From assembly GCA_965216565.1 (NCBI GenBank), contig OZ244170.1, positions 1,376,001 through 1,440,000 on the forward strand: a stretch of DNA of 64,000 bases, written 5' to 3'. The position numbers and the translations under genes are program-made. How positions within the stretch are numbered: the stretch's first letter is position 1; each line of letters starts with the position of its first letter. The stretch comes from Bythopirellula sp. (lineage in GTDB: Bacteria; Planctomycetota; Planctomycetia; Pirellulales; Lacipirellulaceae). This document shows, piece by piece, positions 36,816-47,100 of this stretch. Under the pieces are notes generated by a model. The model had not been told where the DNA came from. It searched no databases and saw only the letters and a list, made by a program, of their open reading frames with translations.

Positions 36816-39071
36816 CTATACCACCGGCTCATCTAAGGGGTTTGAACTTTGGACAATGGCATCCACAGCGGGAGGCGTTCCCATCATCATTTCATAGTGG
36901 CCCAGGTGGTTGGTGCGTTTAAATATCAGCTTGAATACACGTTCGTAATTTTCGATCGTTTCTTGGTCAAGGGCCATATAGAGGTCGTCGCAGGCATGAT
37001 GTGAACCGTCATTCACCCACGACAAGAGTGAACGGCACACGAGCTGGTCGGCGCCGTCAAATTCTTCACAAATATCGAGCGGGTTCTTGCCACCAAGCAC
37101 CTTGAAATAGTGCTCCAGAATACGCCTCATTGCGTTTTGAATCGCTACCGTGCTGCGAGACTCTTCACGTAGTTCTGCCCACAGCAGATCGTATCCCGTC
37201 TTAACTGGGTTGTTGGCATACTGGGCTAATGCTGACTGTCCATTGCACTTGCGCACTATCCAGTAAGTCTTGCGGCTCGGGTCGATCCCCTGCCGCTGGC
37301 TATCAAAAGTCACTTCTTTGTGGAAGTAAACATTGTGCGTTAGTACAAAGAGTTGACGGATGGGGCTCTTCTCGTCGAGTACGTCTTGTTGCAGGCGTTT
37401 GATGAGTGTACTGACGATAAACAGTACGTCGCTGTCAAGACTCGACACCGGATCATCAAATACCACAATCCGGTCATCCGTCGCTCCCGACTCATCATGG
37501 CTACCTTGAAGCAAATTGTAGAAATACAGGAAAGTAATAAAAGAGCGTTCCCCTTCACTGAGCGTGTCTCGGGCGTCAGTACCATCTGCGCGCACCAGCT
37601 TGTAGCAATGTGGCGTCTCTGCAGCAGCTAACTTGAATCCGTCGAAGCCAAAGGAACGGAGCACTTCGTTGATCGAAATGATAGTCGGCTCAATGCTTGT
37701 AGTTTGACGCTGCAAATCCGCAAGTGCCCGAGTCGCCTTAGAAAGCTCTGTTCCCTTTGCGGTAAGCTTCGTTTCGATACCATCTATGGCCTTGTCCACG
37801 GCTGCTTTCTTGTTTGTATACGTTTTCAACTCGACGGCCAGCTCGCCCTTGATGAGGTAAGTCCAACAAGCATCAACCAGCTTCCTCTTCTCGTCTGCGA
37901 AATTGCTTACTAGTTTATTGTGCGCCGTGATTGCCTCAGACGCCATTTTTATCAAGCTGGCAATCTCGTCGACGAGTGCTTCTGTTGCTTCGAGCACAAT
38001 TACTGCGCTAGGTTCTTTTTGCTTTTTCGTAATCTGGGACCGATTCGACGTAAATCTTGCTGCGAGAATGTCCCGTTTATCTTTGATGGTAGTAGAATCG
38101 AGTTGCTCAGCAGGATTAATGAGCAAGCCATCAATGGCTGCCAACAAATCATCCGTTGCAACTTCGTAGTCGCTCTTCAGAGTTTCAATCTCTGCTAGGT
38201 CGTTGCTGTAAGATTCGTCGAAGTACTCATTGAGAGATTGTTCTAGCGACGCGGGAGCCTGTTGTTGGCAAAAGGGACATAACTTATCAGACGCAGCTAG
38301 GTACCCTTGCCCTTGCTTGACCCAATCGCTGTTGCCAAGTTTCTTTATCAAGGCGTCGATGTCGACATCTTCCTTACCTACGATGGGTTTCTTCAGCACA
38401 GCTGGCTCTCCAAAGGCCGAGAGAGGCGTGCCATCTAGTTCGCTTATAGAAGATACTCGCTGAGGTGGATCGCCAAAGATTGTTTCTGCTCTCTCCGTAA
38501 GCTGCTCTTTGGTTTGCAGGTCAACGCCCTTCTGGTTCTGCCTCCGGAGCACTTCGTCTACAAACTTCCTCTTGTCACTTAAATATCCTCGAAAAGCTTC
38601 ACGGCACGCGTCACCCAGGTTCGCTCGCTTCTCCCAACATGCGTCCCGCAACGCTTCTTTGGCGACGATTAATTCGCCACGCTTGCCAGTCTTGCCTTCT
38701 TCGCCGTCCAGAGTGATTTTCAATCGATCCCGTGCTTCAGTCAGGCTCTCTACTTTCTCTTTGGCTGCTTCGATATCAGCTAAGATTTTCGCACTGTCTT
38801 CTCCAAGTGAAAAAATACCTGCTAGGTTTTCCGCCTCATTGAAGATTTTGGCTACAAAGTCACGATTGTAGACAAGCGTTTCCATCGCCCGGCCATTCTT
38901 CCACGTTAGTGAACAAGCAGGGTAGGTGTCCGTATCCGCGATTATGCGTGATATAGTCGTCTTACCGGAGCCGTTCGTTCCGTAGAAGAAATTGAACTCC
39001 GCGAGCCCTTGAGCTTCTGCGCGTGTCCCCTTGTAGCTAGCTTCGTCTTCAATACAGAATGCGTCAATCAT
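36816..39071 (-). CDS. rloC: RloC-like anticodon nuclease (ABC ATPase, zinc hook, HEPN)
   Basis: YGTNGSGKTT, CPFCQQ hook, LSEGE, VFDDPVSSLD, LTHN; C-terminal RRILEHYF...NDGSH; likely start ATG 39071. Confidence 0.85.
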   Translation of the reverse strand: MIDAFCIEDEASYKGTRAEAQGLAEFNFFYGTNGSGKTTISRIIADTDTYPACSLTWKNGRAMETLVYNRDFVAKIFNEAENLAGIFSLGEDSAKILADIEAAKEKVESLTEARDRLKITLDGEEGKTGKRGELIVAKEALRDACWEKRANLGDACREAFRGYLSDKRKFVDEVLRRQNQKGVDLQTKEQLTERAETIFGDPPQRVSSISELDGTPLSAFGEPAVLKKPIVGKEDVDIDALIKKLGNSDWVKQGQGYLAASDKLCPFCQQQAPASLEQSLNEYFDESYSNDLAEIETLKSDYEVATDDLLAAIDGLLINPAEQLDSTTIKDKRDILAARFTSNRSQITKKQKEPSAVIVLEATEALVDEIASLIKMASEAITAHNKLVSNFADEKRKLVDACWTYLIKGELAVELKTYTNKKAAVDKAIDGIETKLTAKGTELSKATRALADLQRQTTSIEPTIISINEVLRSFGFDGFKLAAAETPHCYKLVRADGTDARDTLSEGERSFITFLYFYNLLQGSHDESGATDDRIVVFDDPVSSLDSDVLFIVSTLIKRLQQDVLDEKSPIRQLFVLTHNVYFHKEVTFDSQRQGIDPSRKTYWIVRKCNGQSALAQYANNPVKTGYDLLWAELREESRSTVAIQNAMRRILEHYFKVLGGKNPLDICEEFDGADQLVCRSLLSWVNDGSHHACDDLYMALDQETIENYERVFKLIFKRTNHLGHYEMMMGTPPAVDAIVQSSNPLDEPVV

Positions 39072-39309
39072 GGCGTTGCAACTCCGATAGCAGATTCTAA
39101 TTCCAGCTGCCTTTGGGTTAGCTAATTTATCTATTTCACCATCCACACGATGCGTTGTCCTCGACAGCAACATAGCTTCGAGTGCAACGACACTGAGTAT
39201 TGAGCAAGTGTTCGCTGCCGATGAAATCCTAAGTCAATTGAACGTTTCTGGACAAAAGTCGTCTAAACCCGAGCGAGCACCTAAGGTTGACCCCACCGAG
39301 CTGTTTGGG

Positions 39310-42300
39310 CTAGCCGGCTGCAACCGTGGCGATATGTATCTGTTTGCCTTGCTCGCTAACACCTATACTCTTAGCGACCTCAACCAAGTGTTGGTGATGC
39401 GTAAAAAACAAGACCTGGTTGCGATCGGATATCTGCGACAAGACCTCTAGGGCAGCTTTTGCGCGGGCATCATCGGAGGTGAGCAGCACGTCATCTACGA
39501 TGAAAGGAATGGGCTCGTGCTTCTCCGACCAGTAATCGAGCGTTCCTAGCCTGAGAGCCAAGTAGAGTTGATCTCGTGTTCCTTCGCTCATCGCATCGAC
39601 CAATAGCGTTCCGCCCCCCGGTCTAGCACCAACTAATACCTCTTGGCCAGATTCGTCATAGTCGGCGCGTAGTCCATCAAAAGCGCCACAAGTAAGCTTG
39701 TTGAAATATTCCGAAGCACCTGCTAATACAGGTCCCTGCGCCTTCTCCTTGTACTGTTCTATCGCATGCCACAAAAGGTGGCTTGCAGTTCTCGTGACCA
39801 CATACTGTCGCAGGTCATCTTCCAACCGTGCCAATAGCGCCTGACGCTCCTCTGCCTTTTCGGCAGCTTCTGCTGCCCCTACGCAGCGCTCCAGAATGCC
39901 AGCCTCTCGCTCCCTGGAGGCGATCGTTTCCTCCAGATTGTCTCGCAGGCATTGGGCCTGATCACATAAGTCTTCAATTTGAATCGGCAGGCGGTCCGCA
40001 TCCTCCTGCAATGCATCTGCTACGAACTTTTCGAATGACTGGCCGGCACAGAATGGTGCAAGCTGTGACTCTAGCTGAGTCAGTTCGCCTTCTAGTGTTC
40101 GCTTTTTCCGAGAACCTGCGATGGCCTCGGGCAAGTCAGAAACGCTTTTGCAAACAGCCTCAGTGGCGAGTGCATCGAGCGCTGCGGCGCTATTCGATAA
40201 TTGTCGTTCAGCTTCAGTAATTGCATGCTTCTCCGCCTCCAAACGCTTTGTGAGCGTTGCAAGCTCTTGCTCAGCCTGCTTCGCTGTATTGAGTCGCTGG
40301 TTGAGCGACGAAGCGACTTCTTCAACTGGCCGGCCTACCAGATCAAGGGCAATGACTTTTGCCAAGTCTTGCGCCGATTGAGCAAACTCCTTGGCGGTCT
40401 GTTCGATTCCCCAGATGCGGGATCTAAAACCTTCAGCCTCGTCCAGGTTACGAAACAACTCGTCGAGATTGGCAAGCACTGCCTCGGCTTGTTCAGGTAG
40501 TGCATCAGCATCCAGCTCCAGCAACTGCAAAGCCTCGGTCCACTGCTCTCGCCAGTCTATTAGATCTTGCTTAGCAGCCGCCAATTCTTGCTCGGCTCGC
40601 TCGGCTTCATCCTGAACGCGATCGAGCTCGGATTCTAAGCTCTCAAGCTCGCGGCGAGCATCGTCGGCCTCGGCCAGCCTCTCCCGGGCAGTCTGCAAAG
40701 CTGACTGAATGCTTGTCGAGACCGGAGCCTCAATTTCATAATCAGCAAGCTCTTCAAGCAGTTGCTGTCGCGATTTCGCGACGCGGTCTTCGTCCTTCGC
40801 CACTTGCGCAGACACTGATGCGAGATTGGTTGATAGATCGATCAGTTGAGCGTGCTTTCGTAACCAGCCTCTCATTTCGGCCGGTGATCCTGGTTCAACA
40901 CCAGTTGGCTGCCAATGCTTCTGCCAAGTGACCATCAACTTCTCTTGTTCCTGCCGAGCTTCCAAGAGCTTCGATTCAAACCCCTTACGCTTTGCATCAA
41001 GTGATCGAAACTTCGCGATTAGCTGAGACTTGCTAGCAACCCGACTCGCTTCACGACGCAAGCGGTCGGCTATCTCGTCAGCGCGGTGTACGCTAGGGAG
41101 AATAGCTTCCGAAAGGCCGAGGCCTTCGCCTACATCGTCGAGGAATGCTTTGACTGCATCTTGGTCTACCTCTCCGCCTTCGAGACGGCTTACTGCGAGT
41201 AGCACGCCTTGGTCTCGTATTCTGCGGTGTTCAGCTAGTTCCTCCTCAGTTGGGACCGACTCTTCCAGCTCCAATGCTTCAAGATCGACTTCGACCTGCT
41301 CTTGCTCTGACTTGTTCGCTTCTAATAGTTCAGAAATCTGCCTGATTTCATTGGCAAGCTCGCGAGTTGATTGGTCAAATTGATCGACCGTCTCGTCGGC
41401 AGGCACTGCCAGACGACAGACTGCTTCGATCGTGCCATCGAACCGCGGGAGACGAGCTAGCGATTCGCTTGCTTCGCGCTCCAATCGCAATAACTCTTCC
41501 CCTTGCGCGTCCAAGCCCTCTTCCAGAGACAGCACAGGGACAGCCGTCTGGATAGACTCTCTCAAGGATTTAAGATCTTCTGCTTTATCCAGGTCAGCAA
41601 GTTGTTTCTCAATCTCTGCTAGCCGCTTACGAAAACGAGCGAGCGTCCGCTCAAGCCTCATTTTTGCTGCCGTCACTTCAGCGTGCCGGCTAGCCAATGT
41701 ACGAATCCGCGTTTTTTGTTCGTCGGGCAAGCGACGCTTCCCAACTTCTTCGACGGACAAGTCCCATCCAAGTTTCTCAATGGTGCGTTTCGCCGCGTTG
41801 CGAGCAGTGCGTTGTTGCCCAGCCAGCACCCCGCTGTCTTTGGTCGCCTTCTCGTGGCTGCCTAGACTGCGATAGAGTTCGTCGACACGAGCCTCTTCAC
41901 TCACTAATGCGGTTGGTACGTTGGTATCTGTGAGTTGTGATTGCAGCTGCTGTGCTCGCTCCTCTGCGCGAGCCTTGGCCGCTTCAGCAAGCGTCCGATT
42001 CTCGTTGGCCTCGCGAAAACGCTGCTCAGCGTCATCCGGCAAAGCAACAACCTCAGTGAGCGACGATAGCTCTGCTCGCTTGTCCTTCCACGCACCGGCA
42101 AGTCCAAGTGACTTGTGAAACCGATCCAGACGAGATTTTGATGACTCAACGTGTTCTAGGTCCTGCTTGATCTTGCTTTGCAGCTCGATGAGTCGGCGGT
42201 GTTCTGCGTCGTGTCGGGCCCACTCTTCAGGCGACTGCTGCAGCTTTCGGATCTGGTCGCTGAGGTCCCTTAGCTCAGTAAGGGTCGAATTGATTCGCGG

Positions 42301-42828
42301 CTTTCTGCCGCTCGGTTTAAACAGCTCAGAGGCCTCGCCTTCAAGTATCTGCTGCTTCTCCCTGAGGTGGGCGACGCCTCCAGCCGCAAAGAGCAGTTCG
42401 CCGACTCGTCCCTGACCACGAATCACCTCGTCCCCACCGTCTCGCAGGCGCTCGTGATCGATGCCGAAGACTGAAGTAAAGAATTCCTCATTGATCCCCC
42501 CGAGCAAAGCTCGTAGTTGCTCTTCGTCGATGGGCTGTTTGTCATCGCCATCTCGCAAGGTCGACTGACGACCTTTCCTGCGAACACATTCCAAGCGATC
42601 GCCTTGGGAGTCTACCAGCAGACCTCCAACGCGAAGCTGTTGATAACTGTGCAGAAAATTATCGTCCGTCCTCGCGTCCATGCCAAAGAACAATGCGTGG
42701 ACTGCACGCAAGGCCGAGCTCTTGCCCGCCTCATTCGGACCGTACAACACATTCATCCCGGGCTGCAGAGCAAGGGTGCAGTCGGTGAATGGGCCATAGG
42801 CAATTAGTCGAAGCGATTCCAGTTTCAT
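39310..42828 (-). CDS. yhaN: YhaN-family SbcC/Rad50-like ATPase (AAA_27)
   Basis: YGPF, GPNEAGKS, long coiled coil, MSEGTRDQLYLALR, PFIVDD, FTHH. Confidence 0.9.
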   Translation of the reverse strand: MKLESLRLIAYGPFTDCTLALQPGMNVLYGPNEAGKSSALRAVHALFFGMDARTDDNFLHSYQQLRVGGLLVDSQGDRLECVRRKGRQSTLRDGDDKQPIDEEQLRALLGGINEEFFTSVFGIDHERLRDGGDEVIRGQGRVGELLFAAGGVAHLREKQQILEGEASELFKPSGRKPRINSTLTELRDLSDQIRKLQQSPEEWARHDAEHRRLIELQSKIKQDLEHVESSKSRLDRFHKSLGLAGAWKDKRAELSSLTEVVALPDDAEQRFREANENRTLAEAAKARAEERAQQLQSQLTDTNVPTALVSEEARVDELYRSLGSHEKATKDSGVLAGQQRTARNAAKRTIEKLGWDLSVEEVGKRRLPDEQKTRIRTLASRHAEVTAAKMRLERTLARFRKRLAEIEKQLADLDKAEDLKSLRESIQTAVPVLSLEEGLDAQGEELLRLEREASESLARLPRFDGTIEAVCRLAVPADETVDQFDQSTRELANEIRQISELLEANKSEQEQVEVDLEALELEESVPTEEELAEHRRIRDQGVLLAVSRLEGGEVDQDAVKAFLDDVGEGLGLSEAILPSVHRADEIADRLRREASRVASKSQLIAKFRSLDAKRKGFESKLLEARQEQEKLMVTWQKHWQPTGVEPGSPAEMRGWLRKHAQLIDLSTNLASVSAQVAKDEDRVAKSRQQLLEELADYEIEAPVSTSIQSALQTARERLAEADDARRELESLESELDRVQDEAERAEQELAAAKQDLIDWREQWTEALQLLELDADALPEQAEAVLANLDELFRNLDEAEGFRSRIWGIEQTAKEFAQSAQDLAKVIALDLVGRPVEEVASSLNQRLNTAKQAEQELATLTKRLEAEKHAITEAERQLSNSAAALDALATEAVCKSVSDLPEAIAGSRKKRTLEGELTQLESQLAPFCAGQSFEKFVADALQEDADRLPIQIEDLCDQAQCLRDNLEETIASREREAGILERCVGAAEAAEKAEERQALLARLEDDLRQYVVTRTASHLLWHAIEQYKEKAQGPVLAGASEYFNKLTCGAFDGLRADYDESGQEVLVGARPGGGTLLVDAMSEGTRDQLYLALRLGTLDYWSEKHEPIPFIVDDVLLTSDDARAKAALEVLSQISDRNQVLFFTHHQHLVEVAKSIGVSEQGKQIHIATVAAG

Positions 42829-44075
42829 GGACTGCCCCTAAGGCCGGTGAGCAACTTGGCCTTCGCTTCGTGCAGAACACCTTGCCACCAATCAGCGTCG
42901 CTGCTACTGACTAATCCTTCTAGCTCAGGGGGAAGCTTTCGCTGGAGGTCGTGGAAGTCGAGTCCCAGACTCTCAGCCATTGACGGATTGCTCGACATCT
43001 GCGCGACAATTAACGCGACCTCGGCAGCGGGCATGTCATCTGCTTCGTCATTTGTCGTGCCACCAAGGTTCTCCGCCTCGCTTTTTACCTTCTCCACCCA
43101 GATTCGTCCGCCACCAATATCAAGAGCGCGGGCGCGAATGCTGGCCGCCCATTGCCTAGGTGAGGCAGCAATCTCCGTTGCCATTTGCGTCACCCCCGTG
43201 AGCATAACTCTCGCAGCAACGAGGCGACCTTCGGCCGCTTCAACAACATCCCGAAGGCTGTCATCGACGAGGTTCAATACCTCCGTCTCGTTCTGCACGT
43301 CACTGATGTCGACCTGAACTACCGCCCAACGCATGACATCCAATGGTTGAAAGTCGGTTGTTACTTCCAAATGGTCATCGACGTGGACTACGAGGCAGCC
43401 CTTTGCTCCCACTTCACGAATGTGACGGCCCTGAATGTTACCCGGATAGGCAATCGTTGGCGTGTCCCCAGGAATAATCTCCCGCTGGTGAATGTGGCCC
43501 AACGCCCAGTAGTTGTATCCTGTCCCTCTCAGGCAGGCTTCCGAGCAGGGGGCATAGTGATCGTGGCCCTCTCGCCCATTCATGCTCGTATGCAATACAC
43601 CCAGATTGAAGAGGTGAGGGACTGCCGCTGGGTAGTCTTTTGCTAGATCATCGGTGGTACATTGGCTGGCAAAGCTCTGCCCGTGAATGGCAACTTCGAG
43701 ACCATCCACCAGCTTGGTTTCAGGTGCGGCGGTCGAGAAGAAGTGCACATTATCTGGTAAAGGCAGACGACGGGTTATCTTACTTGCAGCGTCGTGGTTG
43801 CCGAGGACACCAAAGACTGGGATTCCCGCTTCACGTAACCGACGCATTTGACCAACGAAGAAAAGGCCTGTGTCGAAGTCGGGCCAGTCTCCGTCGTAGA
43901 GGTCGCCTGCGATGACAACAAAGTCGACCGCTTCTCGAATTGCTAGCTCGACAAGATTCTCCAGTGCCTTGCGGGTGGCGAGGCGAATCTCATCAACGGG
44001 AGCACCTTCGTAACGATCAAGTCCACGCAGCGGACTATCTAGGTGGATGTCGGCGGCATGTAAGAAAGTAAACAC
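42825..44075 (-). CDS. yhaO: YhaO-family SbcD/Mre11-like metallophosphoesterase nuclease
   Basis: HAADIHLDSP, GDLYD, GNHD, LHT, WALGHIH, PGNIQGR; ATGA overlap with yhaN. Confidence 0.92.
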   Translation of the reverse strand: MFTFLHAADIHLDSPLRGLDRYEGAPVDEIRLATRKALENLVELAIREAVDFVVIAGDLYDGDWPDFDTGLFFVGQMRRLREAGIPVFGVLGNHDAASKITRRLPLPDNVHFFSTAAPETKLVDGLEVAIHGQSFASQCTTDDLAKDYPAAVPHLFNLGVLHTSMNGREGHDHYAPCSEACLRGTGYNYWALGHIHQREIIPGDTPTIAYPGNIQGRHIREVGAKGCLVVHVDDHLEVTTDFQPLDVMRWAVVQVDISDVQNETEVLNLVDDSLRDVVEAAEGRLVAARVMLTGVTQMATEIAASPRQWAASIRARALDIGGGRIWVEKVKSEAENLGGTTNDEADDMPAAEVALIVAQMSSNPSMAESLGLDFHDLQRKLPPELEGLVSSSDADWWQGVLHEAKAKLLTGLRGSP

Positions 44076-44113
44076 TCGATTATCTGTTCTAGGTAATGGT
44101 TGTGCAGGAAGTG

Positions 44114-47100
44114 CTACGCTATGGGCTCACGGTTAGACGCGATGTCGATTGCTTCTTCCAAGCGTTCGCGAGCCGATTTTGCTAACCTTGCCAAGCCGAC
44201 TTCCCGAGCAAATGCTAGGGCCGGGTCTTCAGTTGTCGCAAGTTCTGGTCGACTGAGGATCAACCCGACCATCTCCTGCAGTGAAATCTCATCCAAGCTC
44301 CGCCGTTCCTCGTCGTCTTTGGCGTATCGAAACGAAACTGTCGCAAGAGGCTTCTCATCCATCCAGAGGAAACGGCCAACGTCTTCTTCCGTCGCAGTCA
44401 ATTCTGGAATCAGTGAAAGCACTCGGTCTTTGATTCGAGCGCCCGTTCTGGCGAACCCGTGGGCTCGGGCAATTCTTTTCGCCACGAGGTCGTCCCTTAC
44501 GGGGCTTTCGGCTTCAACGATGGCCAACGCCATACGGCGTAGGTCCTTTGAATAGTCGTCTTCATAGAAGCGGTCTTGGTGTTCTGATGCGTCTTCGAGT
44601 TGAGCTTGCTGATAGAACTCGCAATGTTTTTCGTTGGCTGTATTCCTAGCAACCAGCTGAGGACTCGAATGCCCGTCACTCTCACTCTTATCAATCGCCA
44701 CCGCAAAATCCGTAGGAGGTTCCAGGTCGTCGAGCCGGGGGTCTTGCTCATGCTGCGGCTCCGTTTCTTGCTCCGATTCTCGGGGAGCTGCAGCATTGGT
44801 GATCTCGTCTGCGTCTGCCCTAGCGGCAGCTTGCTCACGTGACTCTGCGAGCAAGTCGTTGAGCCTCGTATGCACTGCGTCGATGGCGGATTGAGAGTCG
44901 TACCACCAGTCGGGAGACCAAACGCGAACAATGCTCCAGCCCAGGTTCTCCAGCACCAATTGACGCGTCTTGTCGCGGTCGCGGGCTACCGCCGAGCGGT
45001 GGTAAGTCGCCCCGTCGCACTCGACTCCTGCCAGATAGGCGCCAGGTAAGTCGGGGTGAATGATACCCAGGTCGACCCGGAAGCCTGAGACTCCAACCTG
45101 TGGATCGACTTGCCACCCAAGTCCGCCGAGGGCCGCGGCCACTGCCTCCTCGAACGGCGAGTCGTAATCGCCAACCGAACCTTCGGCCCGGCCCGCAATC
45201 GCGACCGGTCCTTTCAATGCGTAATCAAGGAATGCCTTTAAATCATGCACGCCACGAGCTGAAGAGCGCTCGGCTCGCAGTTCATCGGGCAAGAACGAGG
45301 CATACACGAGCAACGCTTGTCGTGCCCGCGTTACAGCCACATTCAGACGACGTTCGCCGCCGTCCCGATTGATCGCTCCGAAATCGACAGGGAACTTCCC
45401 CGCTGCATCCTTTCCAAACGTAATCGAGAAATACATGATGTCCCGCTCGTCACCTTGGACGTTCTCCAAGTTTTTCACAGCGGTTGGCTCGATGCGTTCG
45501 TCGGCAAAAAACCACTCCAGTAGAGGCGACTTCCGCAATGCTTCATCGAGCAGGTCCTGGATCAACGATTGTTGCTGACTGTTGAAAGTTACGACGCCGT
45601 AGGTCAGTCGCTCTTCTTCTGGTTTAACGAAGCAACGCTTCATCCGGGCCACAACATCAGCGACAATAGCTTCGGCTTCCGCACGGTTCGTGCGGCTCTT
45701 GCCACGGTCGTAGATGCCCTCTTCGACGTGTGATAACGAAACACCTCGATCTTCTGACTCGGCAGCCGGGAACGTCACCAGTTCGTTGCCGTAATAATTG
45801 TAGTTGGAGAAAGCGATTAGCGACTCATGCCGACTGCGGTAGTGCCAGTTGAGTTGCAGGGTTGGTAAACCCGAAGCTTGCGCTTCATCGAGGATGCTCT
45901 CCAGGTCTTTTTCAAAATCATCGAGTTCCTCGTTCTCTTCGTCGTTGTCGGCCTTCCCAAAGAAGTTGGTTGGTGGTAGCTGCTTCGGGTCGCCGACAAT
46001 GATCGTCTGCTTGCCACGGGCGATGGCGCCAATAGCGTCCCAAGTGGCGATTTGTGATGCCTCATCAAACACGACGACATCGAATTGCGCCTGGTCGGCT
46101 GGCAAGTACTGTGCGATCGACAGCGGCGACATCATCAGGCACGGGGCAAGTTTGACAAACGACTCCGGCATCCCGGAAACCACCTCTCGAATCGACTTGC
46201 TAGGTCGTTTCAGTCCCATTTGATGACGGAGCAATCCCAGCTCTGATTTGCGCGGAACTGAATCGCTCGGTGGTAAGTCGTGATAGATTGCTTTCATAGC
46301 ACGTGGTGCAGCTGCTTGGCGTGCCAGCTCGTCTAGCTCACGAAAATCGTTAATCGCGTCTTCGTGCTGAAAACGCTGGAAGGAGCGGAGTGTGTCCGAA
46401 GCATCCACAGCAATCGGTAGCCACCAGCGCGCATAGGACAACTCGAAGCACTTAATGGCGTCTTGCGGTGCGGTCTTCGCCGTCCTCAGCGATTCGATAA
46501 GTGGATCCAATCGGTGTGTAGCTGCCTGCTTCCGCGCAGAGACCACCGCAGTCCAATTCTTTAACAGCGTGCGTCCTGACAAGACTCGCTGAGACTGCTC
46601 AGCGGCGTCGCTAGCGACCCTCGTTGAGCCCGCTGCAACGGGGGTTGTCTCGGCAAGCTTGGTATATTCGAGCCAAGCTCCTTGGAAAGACTTGGCGGCC
46701 CGGCAATAGTCAGCGGCAGTCTGGCGTCCTACCTCGTCGATTGCCCCCAGTAGCTTACCGACAACCTCCCCAGAAAAACTAAGTGACGAAGCCGCGGCTC
46801 GCAGTCGGCCTGCCGGCTCAAGCTGCTGATCTAAAGCTGAGGCGTCGTTTTCGACCGTTGCTTTGAGTTCGGGGCCTAGTCCAAGCGACTCCAAATTCTC
46901 TGCAAGATTTACACGCAGTTGTTCAACCTCTCGTCCCGGTGGATAGAGCCCGCGTGCCGTTGACGTTAGCGGCTCCAGTGCGCCGCCCGCTGCTCTACCA
47001 ACGGCTACCGGATCGAGGCCTGTCGAGGATATCGACTCGCGTAGACGCTTGGCACTTTCTAGCCCTGGCTGGATACCAGTAGGTTTGTCCTCCGCTACCG

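Noticed and set aside
35445..39071. Functional link between RloC (anticodon nuclease) and the adjacent tRNA anticodon fragment as a decoy
   Set aside because: Copy 1 has the same fragment with no RloC nearby, and the fragment cannot form an anticodon stem-loop
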